A stretch of 64,000 nt of DNA from Somniosus microcephalus (Eukaryota). The notes under the pieces are model-generated. The model saw only the letters and a program-made list of their open reading frames with translations. It made no database searches and had not been told where the DNA came from. The DNA lies in contig CM126212.1 of the NCBI GenBank assembly GCA_052327205.1, forward strand, positions 167,896,001 to 167,960,000, read 5' to 3'. This document shows positions 38,258 through 49,371 of this stretch, one piece after another. Position 1 is the first letter of the stretch. The number at the start of each line of letters is the position of its first letter. The translations under genes and the position numbers were made by a program.

Positions 38258-38930
38258 GGGGGGAAAATTGGATCGCTTTGCGCCTCCCATTAGCGCCCCA
38301 AGGGAGCGCTAACAGGTCGCAAAGCACCTAGCGCCCAGGTCACGAAGTTGCTAATGCCTCCCGTGAAATTCAGTGGCAAGTTAGCGGTGGCAGTAGCCGG
38401 TAGCGCCCTGCGGTGATGACGTCATCACTGTGCGCAGCGCCCCGCTTGCGCCCCCTACCTACCGCCGGACGCTATGTCCGACAGGGTCAGGGTGCAGTGT
38501 TTGTGGCCTGGGCGGCGCAAATGAAAGGGCAGGTGCCGGGCGGCCATTTTCTTTGGGCTACCTGCCAGCTCCTGCCCCCTCTCACCTCCTCCTGCGGGGT
38601 GCTGGCCATGATCAGTCAGTCCGGCACTCCTCTTGAGTACCGGCCCCTTTTGCCGGCACCCCGCTCTCCGTTGGTCCAGCAGGGCCCCGGTGCGTGCTGC
38701 GCTAGGCCCCTCCCCTTTAATCAGGGGAGGGAGGCCTGTAGTACCGTGGCGCTACTGCACGTAGCACCGCAATATTGAATGTGAGCGCCCCAAGAGGGAG
38801 GGGGAGCGCTTCCAGTAGTGCCCTGCCTTCTGCTTGGTGTGTTACCATTCAATTTTGGGCGCGGGGGAGCTAACAGTAGCGCCCCGGCGAAGTTAGCGTC
38901 CCAAAGGGGGTGCGACCCAATTTTTCCCCC
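38258..38930. mobile_element. GC-rich MITE family member
   Basis: TIRs GGGGGGAAAATTGGATCGC / GCGACCCAATTTTTCCCCC, TSD AAA, central GATGACGTCATC. Confidence 0.85.
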
Positions 38931-39092
38931 AAAGTGTTTAATGACTTCATTTTCAGCACAAAGTATTCATACAACAATTTGATTAAAAAGTCAATATTTT
39001 ACAGAAAGATGGAAAGAAGTTGAATCTTTTTCAAATTTTTTGCACCTTACTCACCTCCTCTCCTGGTTATAGTCCAACAGCTTTATTTGAAA

Positions 39093-39129
39093 TCACAAGC
39101 TTTCGGAGTGCTGCTCCTTCGTCAGGTGA
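39093..39129 (-). ncRNA. Minimal hammerhead ribozyme motif, mirror copy
   Basis: Reverse complement of the 39214-39250 motif, with one mismatch in stem II. Confidence 0.78.
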
Positions 39130-39213
39130 AGTGAAGAGATGCATATAAGCACAGCATATATAGTCAGAGTGATCTCTGACTATATATGCTGTGCCTATAT
39201 GCATCTCTTCACT

Positions 39214-39250
39214 TCACCTGACGAAGGAGCAGCGCTCCGAAAGCTTGTGA
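39214..39250 (+). ncRNA. Minimal type I hammerhead ribozyme motif
   Basis: UCAC-CUGACGA-A-GGAGC(AGC)GCUCC-GAAA-GCUU-GUGA: intact core, 5-bp stem II, palindromic AAGCUU stem III, 4-bp stem I. Confidence 0.88.
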
Positions 39251-39933
39251 TTTCAAATAAAGCTGTTGGACTATAACCTGGTGTTGTGTGACTTCTCGCA
39301 TTTGTCCACCTCAGTCCAACACCAGCATCTCCACATCACACCTCCTCTCCTGGAAGTGCTGACTCCTACTGGAGAACAGTTGCACAGCTGCCCTCCAACA
39401 CTTGGCAGGTCTGTAAATCTCCTGTGTTCAGGAGGAGTCTTACATGTTTAATCCTGGCCCTCCTCCTCTCCCCCACCAGCTGAGGATACAAATCCCCCAT
39501 TTCCTGCTTCAGGATTGGGATCTTTCCCCTCCTCCTTCACTAATATGTACATAATCCATTTTGCCGGAGGATCATTCTGTACTATGTGCACATTCCAGAA
39601 TTTCTTTTGCTTTGGCTGGAAAGTGAGCGATCACTATGGAGGTACAGTTATCGTAATACTGGTAGTACAGACTTTCTATTAAAACTAGAAGTTACGATAA
39701 TTTTAGTAGAGGGCTTTACTGCTGCTACAAATGTCTTATTTCCACTGTGGTCACTAGTTTTGTCTCACTCTCCAGAGAGAAAATACTCACCAGACATACA
39801 AATTTTAGTAATTCAGCAAACCTAGGATTTCACCAGTCTGGCCTGGCCTTTACTCACTGAGCCACCAACAGCGCCAGCTTTAAGATATTCAGGCTCCCCA
39901 GTGAGGTTAGTATACCCCCCCTCCAGTCAATCA

Positions 39934-40170
39934 AACATAAGAAACATAAGAAATAGGAACAGGAGTAGGCCATTTGGCCCCTCGAGCCTGCTCTGCCATT
40001 CAATAAGATCATGGCTGATCTGATCTTGGCCTCAACTCCACTTCCCTGCCCACTCCCCATAACCCTTGACTCCCTTATTGTTCAAAAATCTGTCTATCTC
40101 CACATTAAATATATTCAATGACCCAGCCTCCACAACTCTCTGAGGTAGAGAACTCCACAGAATAAGAACA
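39934..40170 (-). mobile_element. CR1 LINE 3' terminal fragment
   Basis: acataagaaacataagaaatagg tail plus 3' UTR; same family as the 13-14 kb and 52 kb copies. Confidence 0.85.
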
Positions 40171-40384
40171 TAGGAAATCAAAATGTTAAAAATGTTTAAC
40201 TTTGGGCACAGTTAAAACTCTATTGATACTACAGAACAACCAGTCCCCAGGAAAGGAAACAGTGTCAGTAGCCACCCAGTCAGCACAGAGATGGTCATTC
40301 CATTCTGCTCAACTGAACACCCCAGAATACACAGTTTACTTATTTGTTCAGCCAGGGTCTGCAACCTATATTCATTCCAATTAA

Positions 40385-40612
40385 AAGAAAAGAAATAACT
40401 TGCATTTATATGGTGCCTTTCATGACCACAGGATTTCTCAACGCACTTTACAACCAATGAAGTACTTTTGAATTGTAGTCACTGTTGTAATGTAGGAAAT
40501 ATGGCAGGTAATTTGTACACAGCAAGGTCCTACAAACAACAATGAGTTAATGACAAGAAAATCTGTGTTAGTGTTGTTGATTGAGGGATAATTATTGGCC
40601 AGAATACCAAGG
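40385..40612 (-). mobile_element. SINE 3' half (DeuSINE-like)
   Basis: Reverse complement of the 3' half of 41062-41515. Confidence 0.75.
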
Positions 40613-41061
40613 AGTGTGACAACCGAGAAACTGCAGATTTACCAGCAGGCTCTCACTATCCCGCCACCACCCCCCCCCCCCACTTCAGCTGCAGCTTTCA
40701 CTTGAACCTAAAGTACGCTATAGCTATCAAGGGAACTCCAGACTTGAAATGAAGTTGAAGACCAAAAAGATTGGTCTTCAACTTGATTGTATTGAATTGA
40801 TCTTAATGTGAAAAGGAAAACTTTGTATTTGAAATTTTATATTACCCATTTATTGTGCAATGTCTGAATGGTGGGGCAGTTGCATCTTCTTATGTGTGTC
40901 TGTGTATACCTGGGAGTACTCAAAAACAACAACAGCAGAGAAAGGGTTAATTTCAAGGAGGCAAGTCATCATCTGTACCATCTGAATAAGGAATGCAACT
41001 GTATGTAAAATGTGTTGAATTTAAACAAGGTGACTCTTCAGCCATAATAAGTCTTATCCAC

Positions 41062-41515
41062 AGTGTCAGCTGTGGCTCAGTTGGGAAGCCCTCTCACCTC
41101 TGAGTCAGAAGGTTGTGGGTTTAAGTCCCACTCCAGAGACTTGAGCACAAAAATCTAGGCTGACACTCTAGTGTAGCGCTGAGGGAGTGCTGCACTGTCA
41201 GAGGTGCCGTCTTTCAGATGAGACGTTAAACCAAGGCCCCGTCTGATCTCTCAGGTGGACGTATTATTTCGAAGAAGAGCAGAAGAGTTATCCCTGGTGT
41301 CCTGGCCAATATTTATCCGTCAACTAACATAACAAAAGCAGATTATCTGGTCATTATCACATTGTTGTTTGTGGGAACTTGCTGTGCGCAAATTGGCTGT
41401 CGCGTTTCCCACATTACAACAGTGACGACACTTCAAAAGTACTTCATTGGCTGTAAAGCACTTTGGGACATCCGGTGGTCACGAAAGGCGCTATATAAAT
41501 GCAAATCTTTCTCTC
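41062..41515 (+). mobile_element. tRNA-derived SINE (DeuSINE/SacSINE1-like), full length
   Basis: A box TGGCTCAGTTGG, B box GGTTTAAGTCC, tail gcgctatataaatgcaaatcttt. Confidence 0.85.
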
Positions 41516-41679
41516 TATTGCAGTGATATTTGGTGACAAAGGAAAACTGCAAGTTCATTTAATATTTTCTTAATTTAGAGTTTTTGATTCTTAGTATAAA
41601 AACCTACCCTTTGGCCCAATTGGTCTAATAATTTGAAGATTATAGGCAAGTACTTGATATGCTCACTCTCTGAAACTTT

Positions 41680-41995
41680 AAAAAAAATCATTCAGAGAAT
41701 GTGAGTTTTGCTGGCAATTTATTGTCCATCCCTAGTTGTGCTGATGTTTGATACAGTTGAGTGGCTTCTTAGAGAGTCACTTAGGATGAAAGTTTCCTTT
41801 CCTTAATGATTTTACAAAAATCTGATAGCTTCATGGTTTTTTTTTAATGATACCAGCATTTTATTTCCAGATTCCTTTAAACTGAATTCACATTCTCAAA
41901 CTGCCATGGTGGGATTTGAACCAATGGTCCCTAGATTATTAGTCTAGGCCAATGGATTACTAGTCAAGTAACTTAACCACTGCGCTGCCATACCC
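41680..41995 (-). mobile_element. Decayed tRNA-derived SINE (HE1/V-SINE-like)
   Basis: Minus-strand B box GGTTCAAATCCC; 3' tail similar to the LINE end at 3709-3790. Confidence 0.55.
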
Positions 41996-42094
41996 TACTT
42001 ATTATATACTGTATTCATTTTGTTCAGAGCATTATATTTTTTACCTGTAAGTTTGCAGGAAGCATGGAAGGAATTATAAATCAGATTAGTTAAT

Positions 42095-42962
42095 AGCTGT
42101 AACTTCTGTTTTGCCGACAAATGCCCACTTTATAATAGTCTGCTTATTCGACCGTTGCAGTGTGGCCAACTCAGTGAAATCATTTTGGTAGTAAGTGAAA
42201 ATGCCCGTAATTTGCGCTCAGTGACGAAGCAAAGGCATTCACCATTGGCCCTGAAATAAGCTTCCCACAAAGATCTCAATCTCGGTACCGAGAAGTTCGG
42301 CTTCTCCGACGTGCAATTGAAATCAATGCAAGTTAATGGGGAATCCCTAGTGCGAGCTGCTGTGACGTCAACAAGCTGTCTAAGCAGCCAATCAAAATGC
42401 AGAATTCTCACACAGACAGCGAACCAGAAAGTGAGTAAGCTCCTTTGATTCTAACTTTTTTAAAATGTTAGAGAGAGCAAAACAAAGATTGAGGCTCTCG
42501 CATGGGGAATAGGCAAACCTGAAATAAAGATGAAATGTAATTTTTTTTAAGTTTCTTAAAAATTGTAATTTTTATTAAAATGGATAAATTTGACACTCCA
42601 CAAAATTAAAATTTGTTTCCCATGTCCATAACCTTTGTTTAGCAGTCAATATGCTGTTAAAACACCAGCTACACCTAATCCAAAAGGGTCTAACTTTTAA
42701 TGGGGTATTTAGCAGCGATATTACCGCGGAAGATCCGAAGTTTTCGTCAGTTTCCCTGATTTGACAGATTACACTGATTGCTGGTGGGGGGGGGGGGGGC
42801 ACAGTGCAGCCAGTGTCGGAGCAGTGAATAACTGACCGCAACTGCAGGATTTCCGTGTTAGAATGCGCAAGCACTACATCTTGAAGTTGTGGTCAGTTGC
42901 AAAGGGGTAATGACAGCGAATGCTGTTCGATCGCAGTGATTACCTACTGCAAGTTCTGGGCC
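42095..42962. mobile_element. Harbinger-like MITE related to 32010-33128, opposite orientation
   Basis: Reverse complement of the right end, GGCCCAGAACTTGCAGTAGG, matches the start of the 32010 element; left end degenerate. Confidence 0.6.
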
Positions 42963-43302
42963 ATAGTGTTTAACCACACTCAGCTGACTCCCATGTGTAG
43001 TTGAGCAGATAGAGAGAGCAAGAGAGAGATTATTAAGGAAGAAACAAGGTAAGGGTATCCATCAGCATCGTCCAGATTTATACTGAAAAGTACCTAACCC
43101 ACTTGTGATATCAAAAGTTACTTTCCAGTGAATGGAAATACTTGTAGAGATTAAACCAAGTGTTTGGACTCATTATTTTGCAATGTCAGTATTGCAAAGT
43201 GCTGTGTCAGCGGGGAGCCTACGTCAGTCTGTTGTCTGCAGAGGATAATATACGCAGCTGGCCCTAGGGTAAACACTGATGAAACAAGCAAGTTGGAGAC
43301 AT

Positions 43303-44972
43303 TGAAACATAGAAACATAGATAGAAGATAGGAGCAGGAGTAGGCCATTCTGCCCCTCGAGCCTGTTCCGCCATTTAATGAGATCATGGCTGATCATCCA
43401 AATTAAGTACCCTGTCCCTGCTTTCTCCCCATATCCCTTGATCCCTTTAGCCTTAAGAAATATATCTAACTCCTTCTTGAATATATTTAATAAGTTGGCC
43501 TCAACTGCCTTCTGTGGTAGAGAATTCCACAGGTTCACAACTCTCTGGGTCAAGAAATTCCTCCTCATCTCTGTCCTAAATGGCTTACCCCTTATCTTTA
43601 GACTGTGACCCCTGGTTCTGGACTCCCCCGCCATCGGGAACATCCTTCCTGCATCTAGTCTGTCTAGTCCTGTTAGAATTTTATAAGTTTCAATGAGATC
43701 CCCTCTCACTCTTCTAAACTCTAGCGAATATAAGCCTAATCGACTCAATCTCTCTTCATACGTCATTCCTGCCATCCCAGGTATCAACTTGGTGAATCTT
43801 CGCTGCACTCTCCCCATGGCAAGAACATCCTTCCTCAGATAAGGCGACCAAAACTGCTCACAATACTCAAGGGCCTAGAAATTCGGTGGGGTTAGCGCCA
43901 AATTAGAGGCGTTAGAGGGTCTTGCGCCGGAATTATAGCTGGTAACGAAATTGCGTTGGGCCCTACCATCGACGTTAGCCGGTAGCGCTGCGCCGGCACC
44001 GATGACGTCATCGGTGTGCGCAGCATCCCGGTTGCCGTGGTAACCCGGCCCCAAGCCCAAATTCAGTTGCGGCCGCCTCGCCCGTGGCAGCCGCAACCAA
44101 CGATTGTTGAAAGGGATGTTACACACCTTTGCGCCGGCGCATAAAGGTGGAGCGGCGGCCGGCCGCTTTCCCGGCGGCCGCCTGCCCGCACCTCCCTCCC
44201 CGGACTCCTCCACCACCCCCCCGCGGCGCTGATGTGTGTGGCCCGCGAGCCCGGCTCTTCCCCGAGGTGCTGGGCTCATTTGTCGGGTGAATCGACCGGC
44301 CAGCGGTCGGCTGCAGGCAGCTCCTCCTTAACAGAAGGAGGAGGCCTGCAGTACCCCAGCCTGCCGCACCGCCTCGGGTGCCGCAGCGGGGGATTAGCGC
44401 CTGAAAACTGCACTGAACGCCCATAGTGAGGCGCAAAAACCCTCCATTAGCGCCCGCCGCCGTCTGGGCCCGGGGCAACCGAATTTTAGTCGGGCGCAGC
44501 AGCATTAACGCCGGCGCAAAATTTCGGGCGCTAAAGCCCTGGCGGACCCACAACCGAATTTCTAGGCCACGGTGTGGTCTCACCAAGACCCTGTACAACT
44601 GCAGCAAGATATCCTTGCTCCTGTACTCGAATCCTCTTGCTATGAAGGCCAACATACCATTTGCCTTCTTAACCGCCTGCTGCACCTGCATGCTTGCCTT
44701 CAGCGACTGGTGCACAAGGACACCCAGGTCTCGTTGCACTTCCCCTTTTCCCAATCTATTGCCGTTCAGATAATAATCTGTCTTCCTGTTTTTGCCACCG
44801 AAGTGGATAACCTCGCATTTATCCACATTATACTGCATCTGCCATGCATCTGCCCAATCACCCAACCTGTCCAAATCATACTGGAGTTTCTCTGCATCCT
44901 CCTCACAGCACACACGCCCACCAAGCTTTGTGTCGTCTGCAAACTTGGAGATATTACATCTAGTTCCCTCAA
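43303..44972 (-). mobile_element. Young CR1 LINE 3' part interrupted by a MITE
   Basis: Largely open ORF2 peptides (SPSLQTTQ/FADDTK region, [38 protein letters not shown]); (aaacatag)n tail. Confidence 0.93.
43872..44568. mobile_element. GC-rich MITE family member
   Basis: Perfect 16-bp TIR GGCCTAGAAATTCGGT; TSD AAG/ACG; removal restores the CR1 sequence caatactcaaggtgtggtctcacc. Confidence 0.92.
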
Positions 44973-44985
44973 CCTTTTAACCTTG

Positions 44986-45230
44986 ATATAAAAACAGAAA
45001 ATGCTGGAAATACTCAGCAGGTCAGACAGCATCTGTGGCGAGAGAAACAGAGTTATCGTTTCAGGTCGATGACCTTTCGTCAGAACTGGAAAAAGTTAGA
45101 GATATAACAGATTTTAAGCAACTGCAGGGGCAGGGACAGTGGGGAGGAGAGGGGAGGGGAGGAAAGATCAAGCACGAGAAGGGAAACAGAAAGCAATGAA
45201 GATGAACAAGGTAAAAGAGACAAATGGAAA
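44986..45230 (-). mobile_element. Penelope pLTR fragment with a mutated hammerhead motif (45051-45087)
   Basis: Homologous to 24745-24950; core CUGACGA...GAAA followed by CGAU instead of CGUU. Confidence 0.8.
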
Positions 45231-47344
45231 TCCCATCGGAGCCCCCTTCAGTTGGCACCTGTTAAAGAAAATTCTCTTCTACAGCAGTTTATTAGGACCC
45301 ATGTTCTGAGGCCTTTGATCTCTCACGATTTAAACAAATACTGCTCTTGAATGGAATGGAATTTTATAGCTTTTCCTTGTTGAAAAGTAAACGTCATTTG
45401 GTTACATGGCACTGAATGTTGTGAAAAATGTAACGGCCTCCCTTTTTCGACCATGCTGTGTGAGTAGTACTGCTTTTTAGATCATTTCCCTCTCATCTTC
45501 TGTTGGTATCACCTTGTCTTTCTACCTGAGCAGCCAAGCATGGTGGCCAAGAGAGAGATACAGTCCTGAATACAAAATTTGGTGGCAATAATATAAAAAC
45601 AATCCACACAGCGGATGGAAGGATTGTATTTATGCTATGAAATTGTAACACAATCTCAGAGTTCAGATGACTTTATACATAACTTGAGCTTGTGTTTTAT
45701 AACTTCATGATACTCTTCAAACTAGCTATTCTTCATCATGACTGGTAAGTATAGCTCCTAACACCAGATAGAATGATTGCAATGCTGTATTCTTGAAATT
45801 CTACAGCTTATTAAGTTAAACATGGACTTCTTGAAAGGAATTGAAGTGACTCAGCATAACAAAGGGGACAAAGTCTGCTTGTCACAAACAATAGGATTGT
45901 GGACCAACATCACTGAAAAACAAAACTGTCAACTTCTGCCAAGTGGACAGATATCAGCACAGGCAGTGATGCGATTCTATAGTTGGCCTCAGTGACCCCA
46001 GTTAGGGAGAGAAATAATTTGCTTGAGTTCCTCCTCCTGGCCACTGCTCAAACCACCCTCCCCCCCATTTATTTTGAGGTTGTGTGAGGACAAGATTGAA
46101 CTCTGCTATGATGCCTTCCACCGTCTAGCTTGTTAACCATCTAGACTAAATTATGAACAATGGTCTCTGGTAAAGACACTGGAGCATTGCCAGTGCCTGT
46201 GAATCCGAGCATGAGTCACTGCCTCGGGGAGAGAAGGTATTCGTAATCTTTTATTACAAAATTAATTGTTCTTAACTGATGCTTATGTCTATCCTGGACA
46301 TTTTACTTCCACACATTGCTCAAACCCAAGGATTCAAAATATGCCAAACCAATTGTGTAATATTGGCATTGCTGTGAGCAGGTAGAATTGGATAAACAGT
46401 GACTGTTGTTGCTGACAGAAGCGGCTGTCAAATAATGCTTTTGATGTTGAAACAAGAGTTCAAGTTGAAGATGATTTTTTCTTCACTAAAACATTGTTGT
46501 AACTTGTTATACTTGAGTTCTGTGGATAAAAGGCTTTTTCTTTTTTTGTACATGTGTCCAATATCAGGAAAGCCGAACCTTTCTTCAGAGGATGTCAGAC
46601 TCATGTCATGGAAGTCAACCATTCTTTGAAAAAGGCCAATGTAATACAGATTTGTCTGCCAAATCTTGGGTCACAGCACAACTCTGTACCTCTTATATGT
46701 GTGTACTATCCCTGTAATAGATAGCTTTGCAATGATTATGTTTTGTTGTGTTAGACTTGTTGATTTCAGTAGCATTCGGTTAATAATGCAAACTCAAAGG
46801 ATAAGATTTATTCTTTGGAGAACTTTTGTGCTCATCAAGAGAAGGGATCAGTGCTTGGGAACAGAATTTGTTCAACTTTTGGCACCAATGCTCTGAGCAA
46901 CTGCTGCCATACCAGATATAGCATGGACTAAATAAAGGTATAGCTTCCTCTACAGTGCAACAACAATGGAGTTTCCCCAGTTGCACTGCTCTGACATTTC
47001 CTTTTCTGACACCAGCAACCCTTATGTTCTTTCTTTGCAACATTGCCAGGTTAATGCCAAAGCATGCTTAATTATGAGCTTTGAACAAAATGACAAATTG
47101 TTATTACAATTAAATTCATTTAATCAACTAAGCATTAGATCACTGACACCGGTACTTATGTACTGGTTAAGTACATATTCACACATTACAATGTTGATTA
47201 ATATGTACTTAACCACTGTTGCACCATACTTGTTCACCTACTGGAGCATGATACTGTGAAGGGCTTTCACTGTTGACAACGATCCAAGAAGATATTCAAT
47301 TGATTTCCTGCCCCGCCTCCTCCATTCTCCTTCTAATCTTCACA

Positions 47345-47850
47345 ACGTAGGAACAAGAGTAGGCCATTCAACCTCAAGCCTGTTCTGCCATTCAATTAGA
47401 TCATGGCTGATCTGTATCTTAACGCTAAATACCACCCTGGTTGTGTAACCTTTGATACTCTTGCCTAACAAAAATCTATTCATCTCAAATTAGAAATTTT
47501 CAATTGACCTAGATAGTTTTCCCCTATCTACCCAGTCAACTCCTTTAATCATCTTAAACACCTCAATTAGATTACCTTAATCTTCTATACTCAAGGGAAT
47601 ATAAGCCTAGTCTATGCAACCTGTGCTTTTAGTTTAACAATTTTATCCCAGATATTGTGAATCTGCACTGCACCCACTCCAAGGCCAATATATCTTTCCT
47701 GAGGTGCGGTGCCCAGAACTGAATGCAGTACTCTAAATGGGGTCTAACCAGAGCTTTATATGAATGTAACATAACTTCTACTCCTATGTATTCCCCTTGA
47801 GATAAAGGCCAACATTCCATTAGCCTTTGTAATTTTTTTTGTACCTGCCC
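47345..47850 (-). mobile_element. CR1 LINE 3' fragment with internal deletion
   Basis: [19 protein letters not shown] motif and CR1 3' UTR. Confidence 0.8.
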
Positions 47851-47854
47851 ACTA

Positions 47855-49360
47855 GCATTTACATTGCACCTTTAACATAGAATAACATCCCAAGGTGTTT
47901 CACAGAGGCACAATCGGACAAAAACGGATGTATAGCCAAAGAAGGAGATATTAGATGAGGGCCTAGAAATTGAGTGGGCTTAGCGCCCATTTTGCGGCGC
48001 TAGAGGGCATTGCGCTGGACTTACAGCCGGTTTTGAAATTGACTAGGGCCCAACATCGGCGTTACACCGGTAGCGCTGCGCCGGCACCGATGACGTCATC
48101 GGTGTGCGCAGCGTCCCGGTTGCCGTGGTGACGGGCCCCAGCGCCGAAATTCAGTTGCGGCCGCCTCGCCCGTGGCAGCCGCAACTAAGACTCTGGCAAC
48201 AGAGTCTTACACGACTTTGCGCCGGCGCATAAAGGTGGAGCGGCGGCCGGCCGCTTTCCCGCCGGCCGCCTGCCCGCACCTCCCTCCCCGGACTCCCCCA
48301 CCCCCCCCCCCGCGGAACAGATGCTTCTCGGCTGCGAGCCCGGCACTTCCCCGAGGTGCCGGGCTCATTTTTGTGGCGATTTAACCGGCCAGCGGGCGGG
48401 TGCAGGCAGCTCCTCCTTAACTGAAGGAGGAGGCCTGCACTTCCCGAGCCTGCCGCACCGCATCGGGCGCCGCAGCGCCGCAATGCGGCGCGTAGCGCCA
48501 GTTTTCAGGCGCAAACAGCCTTCAGTAGCGCCGGCAGCCGTTTGGGCGCGGCGCTACTGAATTTTTGGCGCGCACAGCGCGACTTAGCACCGGCGCTAAA
48601 TTTCCGGCGTTAAGCCCCAGCGCAGCGCAAACTCAATTTCTAGGCCGAGGTGACCAAAATCTTGATTAAACAGATGAGTTTTAAAGAGGGTCTTAAAGGA
48701 GGTGAGGGTGAAGGAGGGGCAAGGCAGAGAGGTTTAGGGAGAGAATTCCAGAGTGTGGGACCTAGGCAGCTGATAGCATGTCTGTCAATGGATACACAAG
48801 AGGCCAGAGTCAGGGAATAGAGTTCTGGGGGTGGGATGAGGCGGGGGAGAGTTGTAGGGCTAGAGGAAGTTACAGATATAGGGAGGGATGGCATTATGAA
48901 GGAATTTAGACGTGAGGATCAAATTTTTAATTGGAGGCTTTGGAGGACTGGATGTTAATGTAGGTCAGCAAGGACAGAAATGATGGGTGAGTGGGAATTG
49001 GAGCAGGATAGGATAAGGGCAGTAGATTTTTGGATGAGCTGGTGTTTATGAAGCATGTGGAATGAGAGGCTGGCTAGGAGAGCATTGGAATAGTGAAATC
49101 TGCAGGTGACAAAGGCATGGATGAGGGTTTCAGCAGCAGATGTGCTGAGACAGGGACTGAGGCGAGCAGTGTTCGAGCTGGAAGTAAACGGTCTATGTAA
49201 TGGACAGTATATGGGGTCAGAAGTTCAGCTCAGAGTAGAATAGGATGCCAAGGTTGTGAACAGTCTGGTTTAACCTGAGACAGTGGCAGGGGAGAGGGAT
49301 GGAATCAGTGGCAAGGGTACAGTGTTTATGGTGAGGGCCAAAGACGATGCCTTCTGTGCT
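47855..49360 (-). mobile_element. Decayed L2-like LINE 3' region hosting a MITE
   Basis: PTLWNSLP motif on the minus strand; similar to the plus-strand copy at 55830-56530. Confidence 0.6.
47960..48646. mobile_element. GC-rich MITE family member
   Basis: Perfect 16-bp TIR GGCCTAGAAATTGAGT; perfect TSD GAG; close relative of 43872-44568. Confidence 0.93.
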
Positions 49361-49371
49361 GTTAATTTTTA

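Larger units (their letters stand above)
39067..39338. mobile_element. Non-coding Penelope-type fold-back retro-insertion
   Basis: 15-bp TSD CACCTCCTCTCCTGG (39052-39066, 39339-39353); 105-bp arms 39065-39169 and 39174-39278 with 2 mismatches and a 4-nt loop. Confidence 0.9.

Noticed and set aside
39065-39278. Canonical pre-miRNA or MITE
   Set aside because: The 15-bp TSD, asymmetric 3' extension and hammerhead core point to a Penelope-type retro-insertion rather than a TIR element or miRNA gene.
40615-40920. Possible LTR starting TGTGACAAC where the SINE breaks off
   Set aside because: I found no matching CA end or TSD.
44119-44913. 264-aa ORF as a novel fusion protein
   Set aside because: It is CR1 ORF2 reading through into the inserted MITE.
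45930-46235. Possible ancient SINE-like repeat, perhaps related in reverse to ~33240-33590
   Set aside because: Too diverged to set boundaries or family by eye.
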